Source: a virus (taxonomy: Duplodnaviria; Caudoviricetes). Taken from it: a DNA stretch of 64,000 bases. Positions 10,237-19,728 of the stretch are shown here, piece by piece. Location: IMG/VR virus record IMGVR_UViG_3300024346_000005; one strand, 5' to 3'. Below the pieces are notes generated by a model that saw only the letters and a program-made list of their open reading frames with translations, was not told where the DNA came from and did not search any database. The position numbers and the translations under genes were made by a program. The first letter of the stretch is position 1, and every line of letters starts with the position of its first letter.

Positions 10237-11589
10237 ATGGCAATTGTATACGGTGCAAACTACGGAAGACCCACACTAGATCTTAACTTTGCCAAGAACA
10301 AGAGTCTTATTGACACCATAAGTGGTAGAAATCTTGTTACTTTTACTAGATCCCAAACAGCAAGAGAAGCAACTTATGTGGGTGCTGATGGTCTTATTAA
10401 GACTGCTGCTGCTAATGAACCAAGATTCGACCACAACCCAACAACGGGGGAAAGTCTTGGGTTGTTGGTGGAGGAGGCGAGGACGAACCTGATCAAAAGC
10501 TCCAACAATTTTATATTTAATGATTGGCATTTTACTCAATGCCAGATGACGCCAAATGCTGTGGCAGCACCGGATGGAACGCAAACCGCTGCGTTGATCC
10601 AACAAACCAATGGTACTTCTACTCGGCAATTTATCTGCACTTCTTACTCTGTACCAAGTACCGGATCATCTTGGACTGCTTCTGTATTTGTTAAAAAGTT
10701 TAACTACGACTATGTTATCTTTGGGGCAGGAGATGAGGATTCTGGTTCAAGAGGAAGCAGGTTTGGATACCTTCAAGCTCAACTGCTTTTTCAGTTTTCT
10801 ACCAAAACGTTAACTGTTAACCCGTCTACCAATTGGGGCGGAGTCGTAACAGGCTCTGGATATGAAGAGCTTTCCAACGGTTGGTTCAGGCTTTGGGTGT
10901 CTAAAGCATCCTTTCCTAGAGCGAACTACTGGGGGATTTCTGTGCAGCAAACCCTTACCGGGAGTTTAGAGACCGGCGGGGATCTTAACCTTGTAACCGG
11001 CGACGGCAGTTCGGGGGTGTACTTCTGGGGAATGCAATGGGAATCTGGGGGGTTTAAGACATCTCACATTCCAACTCCGACCAGCGCCACCGTCACCCGC
11101 GCTGCTGATGTGGCAAGCATTACGGGGACTAACTTTTCGAGTTGGTATAACAACAGTGAAGGGACTTTTTTAGCTACTATTCCCGCTGTTTCATTAACAT
11201 ACAACCTTCGTTATCTTATTGATTGTGGCAGCTCTGCAACCAGTGGCGCTGGTGCATCGGGACATGTACTTTTCGGAAACCTAAACAATACTAATGTGGC
11301 TGGTGGCGTTACAGATGTGTCTAACGATTCAGTGGCTGGCCCGTCTGCCGCTTATACCGGCAACATTGTGCGAGTTAGCTACGCTTACAAAGTAAATAAT
11401 TTTAATGCAGCCGTAAACGGTACACTTGGAACGCTAGACACAAGCGGAGCAATTCCAACACTGGGCGCTCAGCAATTAGTTATTGGTTCAAGATTTAATG
11501 GAACTTTTTACATTAACAGAACCATCGCCCGCCTCACCTACTACCCCGTCCGCTTACCCGACGCCACCCTCCAAACCCTCACAAAATAA
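10237..11589 (+). CDS. Virion fibre/spike protein, paralogue B of 9011-10222
   Basis: Same architecture; near-identical first ~75 aa, TRAADVASITGTNFSSWY and TIARLTYYP. Confidence 0.7.
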   Translation: MAIVYGANYGRPTLDLNFAKNKSLIDTISGRNLVTFTRSQTAREATYVGADGLIKTAAANEPRFDHNPTTGESLGLLVEEARTNLIKSSNNFIFNDWHFTQCQMTPNAVAAPDGTQTAALIQQTNGTSTRQFICTSYSVPSTGSSWTASVFVKKFNYDYVIFGAGDEDSGSRGSRFGYLQAQLLFQFSTKTLTVNPSTNWGGVVTGSGYEELSNGWFRLWVSKASFPRANYWGISVQQTLTGSLETGGDLNLVTGDGSSGVYFWGMQWESGGFKTSHIPTPTSATVTRAADVASITGTNFSSWYNNSEGTFLATIPAVSLTYNLRYLIDCGSSATSGAGASGHVLFGNLNNTNVAGGVTDVSNDSVAGPSAAYTGNIVRVSYAYKVNNFNAAVNGTLGTLDTSGAIPTLGAQQLVIGSRFNGTFYINRTIARLTYYPVRLPDATLQTLTK

Positions 11590-11645
11590 AAATGTTAGAG
11601 TCTTTGCCTGATGATAAATACTAATATGCATATTGTAGAGTAGAG

Positions 11646-13586
11646 ATGTCTCAGTTTAATAATATTAAAATTACTCCAAATGTAGGTGCTACTGGTGTAG
11701 GAACTAATCCAAAGATTGAGTTTACCGGTGCAGGTAATTCCACGATTACTCTACAAGTATCCAGTGCTTCTACTGGTGGTTTATTATTTTATGGTGCAAA
11801 TGGTGAGATGCTATCCATTGTGGATGCACCAGAAACATTTCCTTCATTTTCGGTAAATGATCGTTTTAGTATTCCAATTATTGAAGCATATCCAAGTGGT
11901 AACGTATTTTTATCATCATATCCGGGATATCAAGTAGGTATTGGAACTACAGGATTCTCTCAGTCAAATTATAAGTTTGAGGTTTATGGTGGATTAAAGG
12001 TTGATGATATTAGTAGTGGATCCGGTAAGTTTAATGCAAATATTTCAAGAAGTATTGTTGCATCACCGACTGGTGTTCTAAATCCTATTCTTACATTACC
12101 ATCAACAGCAAATAAAGACTATATTATACACTCAATTAGTGTGGCAAATAAGGCACGATATCAACCAGCAGGAGCAGGAGCAACTGTTGGTATTAATACT
12201 TTGGCAGGTGCCGTGACTAGAATTGTAACGGGTGGTGTTGGAACTGGATATACGGCAGGAGATGTATTTGTCAGTATGGGAACCACTGATTTATTAAATC
12301 GTATTTGTGGTCTTGTTGGAATTGCGACAACTTCTTTCGTTGGTGTAGGAACAACCGGAGATCCTGCCTATGCCGGTATCACAAGTGCGATTGGTATTGT
12401 AACGGCAGTCTCTGGTGGTGCAATTACTGGTGTTGCACTGACTTATAATGGATTTGGATATACTACACCACCCGTTGTAACATTCCAAAGTCCGGTTGCG
12501 GGAGGAACAACAGAAACTGGAACCGCAGTATTAACACTTGGAGAAGTCACTGCAGCATATCTTAATGTGCCGGGAGAAGGTTATACAATTCCACCAAATG
12601 TTTCAATTGCTTCAACCACTGGAATTGGCGTACAAATTACTAGTGATGTGGATAGTGATGGAAAAGTTATAAGGTTGAATTTACTCAATAGAGGTTATGG
12701 ATATTCTAAATTAAATCAATTTGGAAACAGTGAGGAGAATGAGGTTTATATTTCACAACCGGGACTTGCAAAAACAGAAGTCGGTGTGGATATAATGTAT
12801 CGTAGAGCACCAGTTGGAACGGCAAATACAATTGATGCTTATATTGCCTTTGATGTTCCTATTCCTGTTGGTGGTGTGCTTGAAGTTCTTAAGCAACCGG
12901 CAGTTATGAATCCAAATGATTCAATTCATATTCGTGGTGTAGATGTGTATGGATCTGGACTTTCTGATGCAATAGATGTTCATATTGCCTATGAAGAAGA
13001 GAATAGCACTGCATTTGTTGGGTTGAGTACCGCACTTGGTTCTACAATTGGTCTGGGAGTAAGTGTATCGGGTACACTTCTCAGTGCAACAACCAATCCA
13101 ATTCTTCTACAGTCCCTAAGACTTACAAATACCGAATTTGTGGGAGATTATGATACTTCTGTAAAAATCGTCAGTGACCGCACAATTGCTTCACTTGCAT
13201 CAACTGCGGCATCTAGTGCAACAACATTCTTTGTTGCCGGTGGCATTAACAGCACCGTAGTTACTACTAACAGTATTGTAAGTATTGGAACGTTTATAGA
13301 TAAAGCACCAATTACTGGAATTGGATCTACTTCATTTACTATTTCAAGAACAAGTCCACTTTCAATTGCAGCAGGAACTGGCGTTACATTCTTTGTATTA
13401 GGTTATGATTCGGTTTATTTTGCAAGAAATCTAATGATTCCTGCATATGCATCCGTAGAACTTTTTGATATGCCGAAGAGATTAGAAAGATATTCTTCTC
13501 TTGTGATTGAAACTGATGTGGTTGGAATTGATCCAAATATTGCAAGTACGATTGACGTAGATTTATCTGGAAAAATTATCTATTAA
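11646..13586 (+). CDS. Virion structural protein (646 aa)
   Basis: G/T-rich with GxGYT.PP.V repeats typical of cyanomyovirus structural proteins. The FSVND..IP.I module is shared with the 343 fibre. ATAAATA at 11614-11620. Confidence 0.65.
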   Translation: MSQFNNIKITPNVGATGVGTNPKIEFTGAGNSTITLQVSSASTGGLLFYGANGEMLSIVDAPETFPSFSVNDRFSIPIIEAYPSGNVFLSSYPGYQVGIGTTGFSQSNYKFEVYGGLKVDDISSGSGKFNANISRSIVASPTGVLNPILTLPSTANKDYIIHSISVANKARYQPAGAGATVGINTLAGAVTRIVTGGVGTGYTAGDVFVSMGTTDLLNRICGLVGIATTSFVGVGTTGDPAYAGITSAIGIVTAVSGGAITGVALTYNGFGYTTPPVVTFQSPVAGGTTETGTAVLTLGEVTAAYLNVPGEGYTIPPNVSIASTTGIGVQITSDVDSDGKVIRLNLLNRGYGYSKLNQFGNSEENEVYISQPGLAKTEVGVDIMYRRAPVGTANTIDAYIAFDVPIPVGGVLEVLKQPAVMNPNDSIHIRGVDVYGSGLSDAIDVHIAYEEENSTAFVGLSTALGSTIGLGVSVSGTLLSATTNPILLQSLRLTNTEFVGDYDTSVKIVSDRTIASLASTAASSATTFFVAGGINSTVVTTNSIVSIGTFIDKAPITGIGSTSFTISRTSPLSIAAGTGVTFFVLGYDSVYFARNLMIPAYASVELFDMPKRLERYSSLVIETDVVGIDPNIASTIDVDLSGKIIY

Positions 13587-13590
13587 AATA

Positions 13591-14247
13591 ATGAGTATCT
13601 TTATAGCATTACCTTGTTATGGTGGTTTGGTTTGTGAAAAGACCACGATGAGTTTGTTTAATCTTGGTAAACTCTTTGTTAGAGAAGGAGTTCCTCACGG
13701 ATTATTTACAGTTGCAAACTCTTCTTTGATTAGTCAAGGAAGAAGTAAGATTGCCAACTTCTTTCTAAATAACACAGATCACGAATATCTATTTTTTCTT
13801 GATAGTGATATTGGATTTGACCCTGCTTCAGTATTAAAACTTTTGAGTTCTGGTAAGGATATTACTGCTGCTCCATATCCGATGAAATCTATTCCTTTAA
13901 GGTATAACTATAAAACCGCAGTTCCAGAGGAACGTCAAGGAGATTTGATAAAGATAGAACATAATGGAATGGGGTTTGTAATGATTCATCGTAAAGTATT
14001 TTATGATATTGCTGCTGCTTATCCTGAACTAAAATATTATCCTTCACTTGATGATAGTAATGTAAAACCAAGTGAGGCAGAATATCATAACTCATATCAT
14101 TACTTTTTGGAACATAAAAATGGACCTACCTTTATGCCAGAAGACATTAGTTTCTTTTGGAGAGCACGAAGTTTAGGTTATGAGTGTTGGTTAGATACAA
14201 GTATTCATTTATCTCATACAGGATCACATCTTTTTGAGGAGAAGTAA
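13591..14247 (+). CDS. GT-A fold (GT2-like) glycosyltransferase, paralogue of 7008
   Basis: IFIALPCYGG...SLISQGRS...FLDSDIGF (DxD)...GMGFVMIHRKVF...EDISF...HTG. Confidence 0.75.
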   Translation: MSIFIALPCYGGLVCEKTTMSLFNLGKLFVREGVPHGLFTVANSSLISQGRSKIANFFLNNTDHEYLFFLDSDIGFDPASVLKLLSSGKDITAAPYPMKSIPLRYNYKTAVPEERQGDLIKIEHNGMGFVMIHRKVFYDIAAAYPELKYYPSLDDSNVKPSEAEYHNSYHYFLEHKNGPTFMPEDISFFWRARSLGYECWLDTSIHLSHTGSHLFEEK

Positions 14248-17165
14248 TGGCAGACATTAGAACTAATATCTTTGGTATTGGTGAGGTTTACGAACTCCAA
14301 AAGGAAGGGCAGTGGGTAGAAAGAAATAGAGAGTCTTATAGAGAGTTTGGGTATTTTGCAGGAGGTAATGATGGTGTAGTGGGATCTAGTTATAGTGGTG
14401 TTAATCGAATTGATTTTTCAAATGATACCGCAACATCAAATTCAAGAGCAATACTTGCAATCGAAGGTCGTTATCTTTCTGGGGTAAATAATAAAAATTA
14501 TGGTTATATGAGTGGGGAATCTAATCTGGGACTTTTCAATAAATTTAATTTTGCAAATGAAACTTCAACTAGTATTGGATATTTAGTACCTGGTACAAAT
14601 ATTGGATATACTGGTAATTTATCTAATCCTAATTTTGGTTATTTTTGTGGAGGAGATTACACTGTTCCTGGAGCAACAAGCACTGTAAGAAGAATTAATT
14701 TTTCAAATGATACTGCACTATTATCCAATAGAGGTAATCAAACACAAAATAGAAACTTATGTGCCGGAGCAGGAAATTCTAATTTTGGTTATTTAAATGG
14801 TTCAAGAAATAATCCACAGTCTTCTGTTGATCGTATTGATTATTCAAATGATAGTGTGCTGTGTCGTGTTCGTGGTCCAATGTCTTTTGGAACCGAACAT
14901 AGGGGTAATAAAGCAGGAAATTCAAATTTTGGGTGGTTTACTAATAGTTATTCTGCAACATATGTCCAAAGAATATCTTATGCAAATGATTTAGTTTCTG
15001 CTAGTGTTCGTGGAAATACAAATTCAACATATAGTGCTAATGATATAGGAAATGGTAATTTTTCTATTTGTTATAGAAGTGGTTCAAGTCCACTCGAAAA
15101 AGTTGATTATTCTAATGATACAGTTTTAGCATCCACAAGAGGTAATTTGCATCCACAAAGATTCGGAGAAGCATCTATGTGTGCATCATCATTCGGTGGT
15201 TCTCCTGTTTCGTATCTTGGAGCACCTTGGACTGCTACTGCTCCTTTTGGTTATTTTGGTGGTGGGAGAAATACTCAACTTTCTATTGTAGATCGCATAG
15301 ATTATACTAATGATACAACAACAGCATCAGTAAGAGGTCCATTAACTTTAGCAAGATATGGATTAGCAGCAACAGGAAATTCTAACTTTGGGTATTTTGG
15401 TGGAGGATTTAATAGTCCCCCTTTAGAATCTACAGTAGACCGCATAGATTATTCAAATGATTTATCATCTGCGTTATTAAAAGGTCCATTAACTATTGCA
15501 AGACATAGAATATCAGCAACTGGAAACTCCAACTTTGGATATTTTATTGGGGGAGGCACTGTAAATGGAAGTCAAAGATCAACTGTAGATCGTGTTAATT
15601 ATGTAAACGACAGTGTTGTTACATCATCTAGAGGTCCATTAAGTGCAATAAAAACTGCTGGATCTGCAACTGGAAACTCTAACTTTGGATATTATACTGG
15701 AGGAGTTGGAGCACCTGGAAATATTGCATTAACTATAACCGATAGGATGGACTATTCAAATGATACCTCAACATCTTCTTCCAGAGGACCATTAAATGCA
15801 GCAAGAACTTATATGTCTGCATCTGGAGCTCAAAATTTTGGTTATGTGTTTGGTGGGAGAGATGGTGCTAATAATAAATTATCTTCGATAGAAAGAATAA
15901 ATTATACAAATGATACTTCTACTGCAGCATTTAGAGGTAATCTTGCAACTGCTGACATGTTTAGAACTGGAGCAACAAGTAGTTCTAATTTTGGATATAT
16001 TGGTGGTTATGGGGATCCAGGACAATTCTCTACAGTAAATCGTTTGGATTATACAAATGATACTCAAACTGCATCTGTTAGAGGTCCATTAAGTTCAGCA
16101 AGATATGAGACTGCAGCATCATCCTCACAAGCATACGGAGGTGCTCCAAATACCACGGTGGATCCACTTCCTTCTTATATTCGTGCGGCAACAAAATGGA
16201 TTGATTCTAATACTTTAGACTTGCCATTTAAGAGAGTACTGGGGTCTTATGGGTATTTTTATGGAGGAATTACTTATTCTAATATTCATAGAATAGATTT
16301 TTCAAATGACACAACACTAGTAACTAGACCAATTCTAACTGCGAATCTTTCTACACAAGAATTTATGTGTGGATTTGGAAATAATAATTATGGATATGCT
16401 GCCGGTGGTGGAGCATTTTCCTATCCATCCACATCATTAATTCAAAGAATAGATTATAGTAATGATTCTTCATCATCTTCTATTCGTGGAAGCTTGAGTG
16501 TATCTAGAGGAGCAATATCAGGTTCTTTTTCAAATAATAACTATGGATATGTGGGGGGAGGATTCCAAACTGGTGTGGGTTTTAAAAGCACAGTTGATAG
16601 GTTAGATTTTTCAAATGATTTGAATACTGCTATAACCAAAGGAAGTTTATCTCTGGCAAGAAGTTCTATGTCTGGTATGGTTTTTGGAAATACATTTGGA
16701 TATTTTGGTAGTGGTGGATCTGGTGCAACTGCTAGTGGATATTTTGAAGGTGATACAACAATTATTAATAGAGTTTCATTTAGTAATGATATAATTACCA
16801 CACCATTAAGAGGAAAAATGACTGTCCAAAGGGGAAGATATGCAACATCATATAATAGTAACTATGGTTGGTTTGCTGGTGGTAGAGTTCCTGGTGCTCC
16901 AAATGGAGTTATAGTTACTTCAGTGGAAAGAATAGATTTTTCAAATGATTTGATAACAAATTCTACAAGAGGTTCATTAAATGAAGTTAAGAATTATTTT
17001 GCAGGAACAGGAAATGAAACATATGGTTGGTTTTCTATGGGAGAAGGAAGTTCCAAAATTGAAAGAATAAATTATTCTAACGATTTGGTTGCTGCAAGTA
17101 TAAGGCAGACAAATGCTCCATATGTTTCACTGTCAATAGGAACAACCAACGCAAGATCCTCATAA
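14247..17165 (+). CDS. Kelch-like repeat protein 1 (18 repeats, predicted 3 x 6-bladed beta-propeller)
   Basis: 18 units of GNxNF-GYFGGG-x-STVDRIDYSND-x-RGPL-x-R in three blocks of six separated by linkers. Ends TTNARSS. Confidence 0.75.
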   Translation: MADIRTNIFGIGEVYELQKEGQWVERNRESYREFGYFAGGNDGVVGSSYSGVNRIDFSNDTATSNSRAILAIEGRYLSGVNNKNYGYMSGESNLGLFNKFNFANETSTSIGYLVPGTNIGYTGNLSNPNFGYFCGGDYTVPGATSTVRRINFSNDTALLSNRGNQTQNRNLCAGAGNSNFGYLNGSRNNPQSSVDRIDYSNDSVLCRVRGPMSFGTEHRGNKAGNSNFGWFTNSYSATYVQRISYANDLVSASVRGNTNSTYSANDIGNGNFSICYRSGSSPLEKVDYSNDTVLASTRGNLHPQRFGEASMCASSFGGSPVSYLGAPWTATAPFGYFGGGRNTQLSIVDRIDYTNDTTTASVRGPLTLARYGLAATGNSNFGYFGGGFNSPPLESTVDRIDYSNDLSSALLKGPLTIARHRISATGNSNFGYFIGGGTVNGSQRSTVDRVNYVNDSVVTSSRGPLSAIKTAGSATGNSNFGYYTGGVGAPGNIALTITDRMDYSNDTSTSSSRGPLNAARTYMSASGAQNFGYVFGGRDGANNKLSSIERINYTNDTSTAAFRGNLATADMFRTGATSSSNFGYIGGYGDPGQFSTVNRLDYTNDTQTASVRGPLSSARYETAASSSQAYGGAPNTTVDPLPSYIRAATKWIDSNTLDLPFKRVLGSYGYFYGGITYSNIHRIDFSNDTTLVTRPILTANLSTQEFMCGFGNNNYGYAAGGGAFSYPSTSLIQRIDYSNDSSSSSIRGSLSVSRGAISGSFSNNNYGYVGGGFQTGVGFKSTVDRLDFSNDLNTAITKGSLSLARSSMSGMVFGNTFGYFGSGGSGATASGYFEGDTTIINRVSFSNDIITTPLRGKMTVQRGRYATSYNSNYGWFAGGRVPGAPNGVIVTSVERIDFSNDLITNSTRGSLNEVKNYFAGTGNETYGWFSMGEGSSKIERINYSNDLVAASIRQTNAPYVSLSIGTTNARSS

Positions 17166-17192
17166 ATATCAAAAACTACATTATCACTCATT

Positions 17193-18239
17193 ATGACTAT
17201 ATCAGGTGCAACTGAAACTGCATATCAATATCTTAATCAATATTACACATTCCCAGAGAACATTATAGTTTCTCATCTTCCACAAGAACTTAAAGATTCA
17301 CAGAAACCAATCAAAATCTTGTGGGCCCATCATGCATACGATCAACAGGTATATCAAAACTTCTCTCACGAACAAGTTACTCATATCGTAGGACCCTCAA
17401 ACTTTGCGAAACAAACTCTACAACAGTTTCACAAAGTCCCACAAGAAAAAATTACAGTCATTCCAAATGGTGTAGATTCACAATACACCTATTCTAATCA
17501 AAAGAAAAAGCAACTGATCTATACTTCAATTCCTTATAAGGCACTTCCAGTTCTTGCATCAGTCATTCCATTAGTTCATTCAATTCATCCTGATGCAAAG
17601 TTTAAGATCTTTTCATCAATGTCTCTTTATGGACCACAGAATGATCCATACTTTGAACTCTACGATCATCTTAAGACTCTACCAAATGTAGAATACTCAA
17701 GAGCAATTGATAGAGAACAACTGATAACTCATTATCAACAATCAGCATTTTTCATATCCCCTTGTATCTGGGAAGAAACATTTGGTGTCTCAATGTGTGA
17801 AGCAATGAGATGTGGTGCTTATCCTATTGTCACGGACATTGGAGCATTAGAAGAAGTTGCTGGACCAAATTTAGCAACTGTGGTTCCTATTGAAGGACAA
17901 AGAACTGTAAAAGGATTTGAGGTCACCGAGAACTTTGTAAAACAGTTTGCAGAGGCAACCTGTGTTGCATTAGATTACTTTGATAAAGATAGAAAGACTT
18001 ATGATGAGGTCTCAAAGTCTTGTAGTGAGTGGGTTGTGAAGTCTTATGATTGGAAGACTATTGCAGGTATGTGGAAGGACCTTGTGAGGGTTCTGGAGAG
18101 ACATACAGTCACTTCTGGTAAGGGATTTGCAAATAAGATTGTAGAAAGAAAAGGTGAGACTTATGTAGAAGATAAGGTTGTGGATGTGGTTCCTACTACC
18201 ACAGGAAGTTATTTCAACTTCGCTAAATACAACAGATGA
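17193..18239 (+). CDS. GT-B fold (GT4-like) glycosyltransferase
   Basis: ITVIPNGVD, LIYTS and the E-x7-E motif ETFGVSMCE followed by AMRCGAYPIVTDIGALEEV. Confidence 0.85.
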   Translation: MTISGATETAYQYLNQYYTFPENIIVSHLPQELKDSQKPIKILWAHHAYDQQVYQNFSHEQVTHIVGPSNFAKQTLQQFHKVPQEKITVIPNGVDSQYTYSNQKKKQLIYTSIPYKALPVLASVIPLVHSIHPDAKFKIFSSMSLYGPQNDPYFELYDHLKTLPNVEYSRAIDREQLITHYQQSAFFISPCIWEETFGVSMCEAMRCGAYPIVTDIGALEEVAGPNLATVVPIEGQRTVKGFEVTENFVKQFAEATCVALDYFDKDRKTYDEVSKSCSEWVVKSYDWKTIAGMWKDLVRVLERHTVTSGKGFANKIVERKGETYVEDKVVDVVPTTTGSYFNFAKYNR

Positions 18240-18265
18240 ATAACATTTAGAGGATTTTGAGTTTT

Positions 18266-19195
18266 ATGTCTATTTTACCTGAAAACAGTCTTGGTTTTAT
18301 ATCTGTAGAAGAAGCAGTTGGTGATAAGGCAAGTGAATACTTGGGAAAAGCATTTGAGAATGTTTACAAGTTTCACGAAATTGATAAGGAACTAGCACAA
18401 GGAAGAACAAATTTTCAGTTAGAAAAGTTTGCTCTGTTAGAGACTTATACACTTGAGAGTGCTTATGAAAGTGTTCTCAAGTCTCGTCGTCAAATGGCAG
18501 AAGGTCTTATGAGTAAGCTGCTTGAGATGCAGGAGAAAGTAAGAGAATTTGAATACAAGTGGAACGAAGAAGATAAGACCAAACCAATTAAATGGGAATG
18601 CACTGGTGGTGGTCCTGGTGGTGGTGGTAAGAAACTTTGTTGGTTTGATTTAGACCAGATGCAACTAGAGCATTTCTTAAGGTCTAGTGAGCTTGAAGTT
18701 CGTGACCGTCTTTATCAAATGGAGCACCTTGATAAGATGCTTGCAGAACTTACCGAGCGTAATGGTGGTAAACCAGTAAGTAGAGAGCAATTCCTTGCGA
18801 ACGAAGAAAACTATTGGAAGGCAAGGTTCTCCGAGCAGATGTTAGATGAAGTTTTAGGTTCTCAAATCGGTTGTAGCATTGGTAACATTCACAGTGTTCG
18901 TAGGTCTACTGCTCCTGCATTGATAGATCAACGAAATCAATTCAACGAAGGTTTCCCATCACTTGGAGAAGCACTATCTTCTCCAGAAGGTCGTATGAAG
19001 TTTGTGAGTGAACTAGAGCAGAATGTGATTCGTGGTTATGAGGATGTAATGGGTGTTGATCTGGGTGCTGGTAATTACTTAAAACCAGAAGAACGCAGAA
19101 AACTTGTGGAACAGAAGATGGAAGCATTCCGTCAGTTTAATCTCAAAGGTTCCCCAGAAACTCAATCACAAATCAAAGGAATTGTAGAAGAATAA
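18266..19195 (+). CDS. Hypothetical helical/coiled-coil protein
   Basis: Long ORF. ATG 18266 is preferred over TTG 18257 because of its spacing from GAGGA at 18250-18254. E/K/L-rich, with a GGGPGGGG loop. Confidence 0.65.
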   Translation: MSILPENSLGFISVEEAVGDKASEYLGKAFENVYKFHEIDKELAQGRTNFQLEKFALLETYTLESAYESVLKSRRQMAEGLMSKLLEMQEKVREFEYKWNEEDKTKPIKWECTGGGPGGGGKKLCWFDLDQMQLEHFLRSSELEVRDRLYQMEHLDKMLAELTERNGGKPVSREQFLANEENYWKARFSEQMLDEVLGSQIGCSIGNIHSVRRSTAPALIDQRNQFNEGFPSLGEALSSPEGRMKFVSELEQNVIRGYEDVMGVDLGAGNYLKPEERRKLVEQKMEAFRQFNLKGSPETQSQIKGIVEE

Positions 19196-19204
19196 GATTT
19201 TGAG

Positions 19205-19708
19205 ATGAGACAAAAAATTATAATCGTCGATAATTTTCTTGACGAACCTTTGACTTATAAAAACTCCAATCAATTAGGGCCAACGGAAGAGATCTCAAAT
19301 AAGATCTCTCATATTCTTCAATTCAATACTTCGATCATTCCGGCAGCAATCAATATTCCCGAAACAGAAATCACGGCAAATTATAACTTTGATTATATTG
19401 GTATTTTGTATCTTGACTTTCCAACAGAATGTGTGAATAAGACTGGTGTTTCCTTTTGGATACACAAAGAAACACAAGATGAAGAACTTCCAAATCAAAC
19501 TAAAATGAAATGGATGGGATTACAGAGTATGGAAGAGGTTGAGAAGTCTTATGATGTAAGTAAGAAAGAAAACTGGGAAAGTTATATGAATTACTTTGTA
19601 AAATATAATCGATTGATTTTATTTGATGCTCGATTGTTTCATTCTTATGGGAATGAGAGTGATTGTAGAAAGTTCTTGATAGAGATCCAGAAACTAAATA
19701 ATCAATAA
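19205..19708 (+). CDS. DUF6445-like (2OG-Fe(II) oxygenase-fold) protein, probably degenerate
   Basis: IIIVDNF...GILYL...TGVSFW...KYNRLILFDARLFHS. Paralogue of 22587 but lacks HxD. Confidence 0.6.
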   Translation: MRQKIIIVDNFLDEPLTYKNSNQLGPTEEISNKISHILQFNTSIIPAAINIPETEITANYNFDYIGILYLDFPTECVNKTGVSFWIHKETQDEELPNQTKMKWMGLQSMEEVEKSYDVSKKENWESYMNYFVKYNRLILFDARLFHSYGNESDCRKFLIEIQKLNNQ

Positions 19709-19728
19709 TAGAGTTTTTGTGGATTATA

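Noticed and set aside
9011-11589. Diversity-generating retroelement (VR/TR pair)
   Set aside because: Differences between the repeats are not confined to adenines, both copies lie in intact genes, and no reverse transcriptase is in the window.
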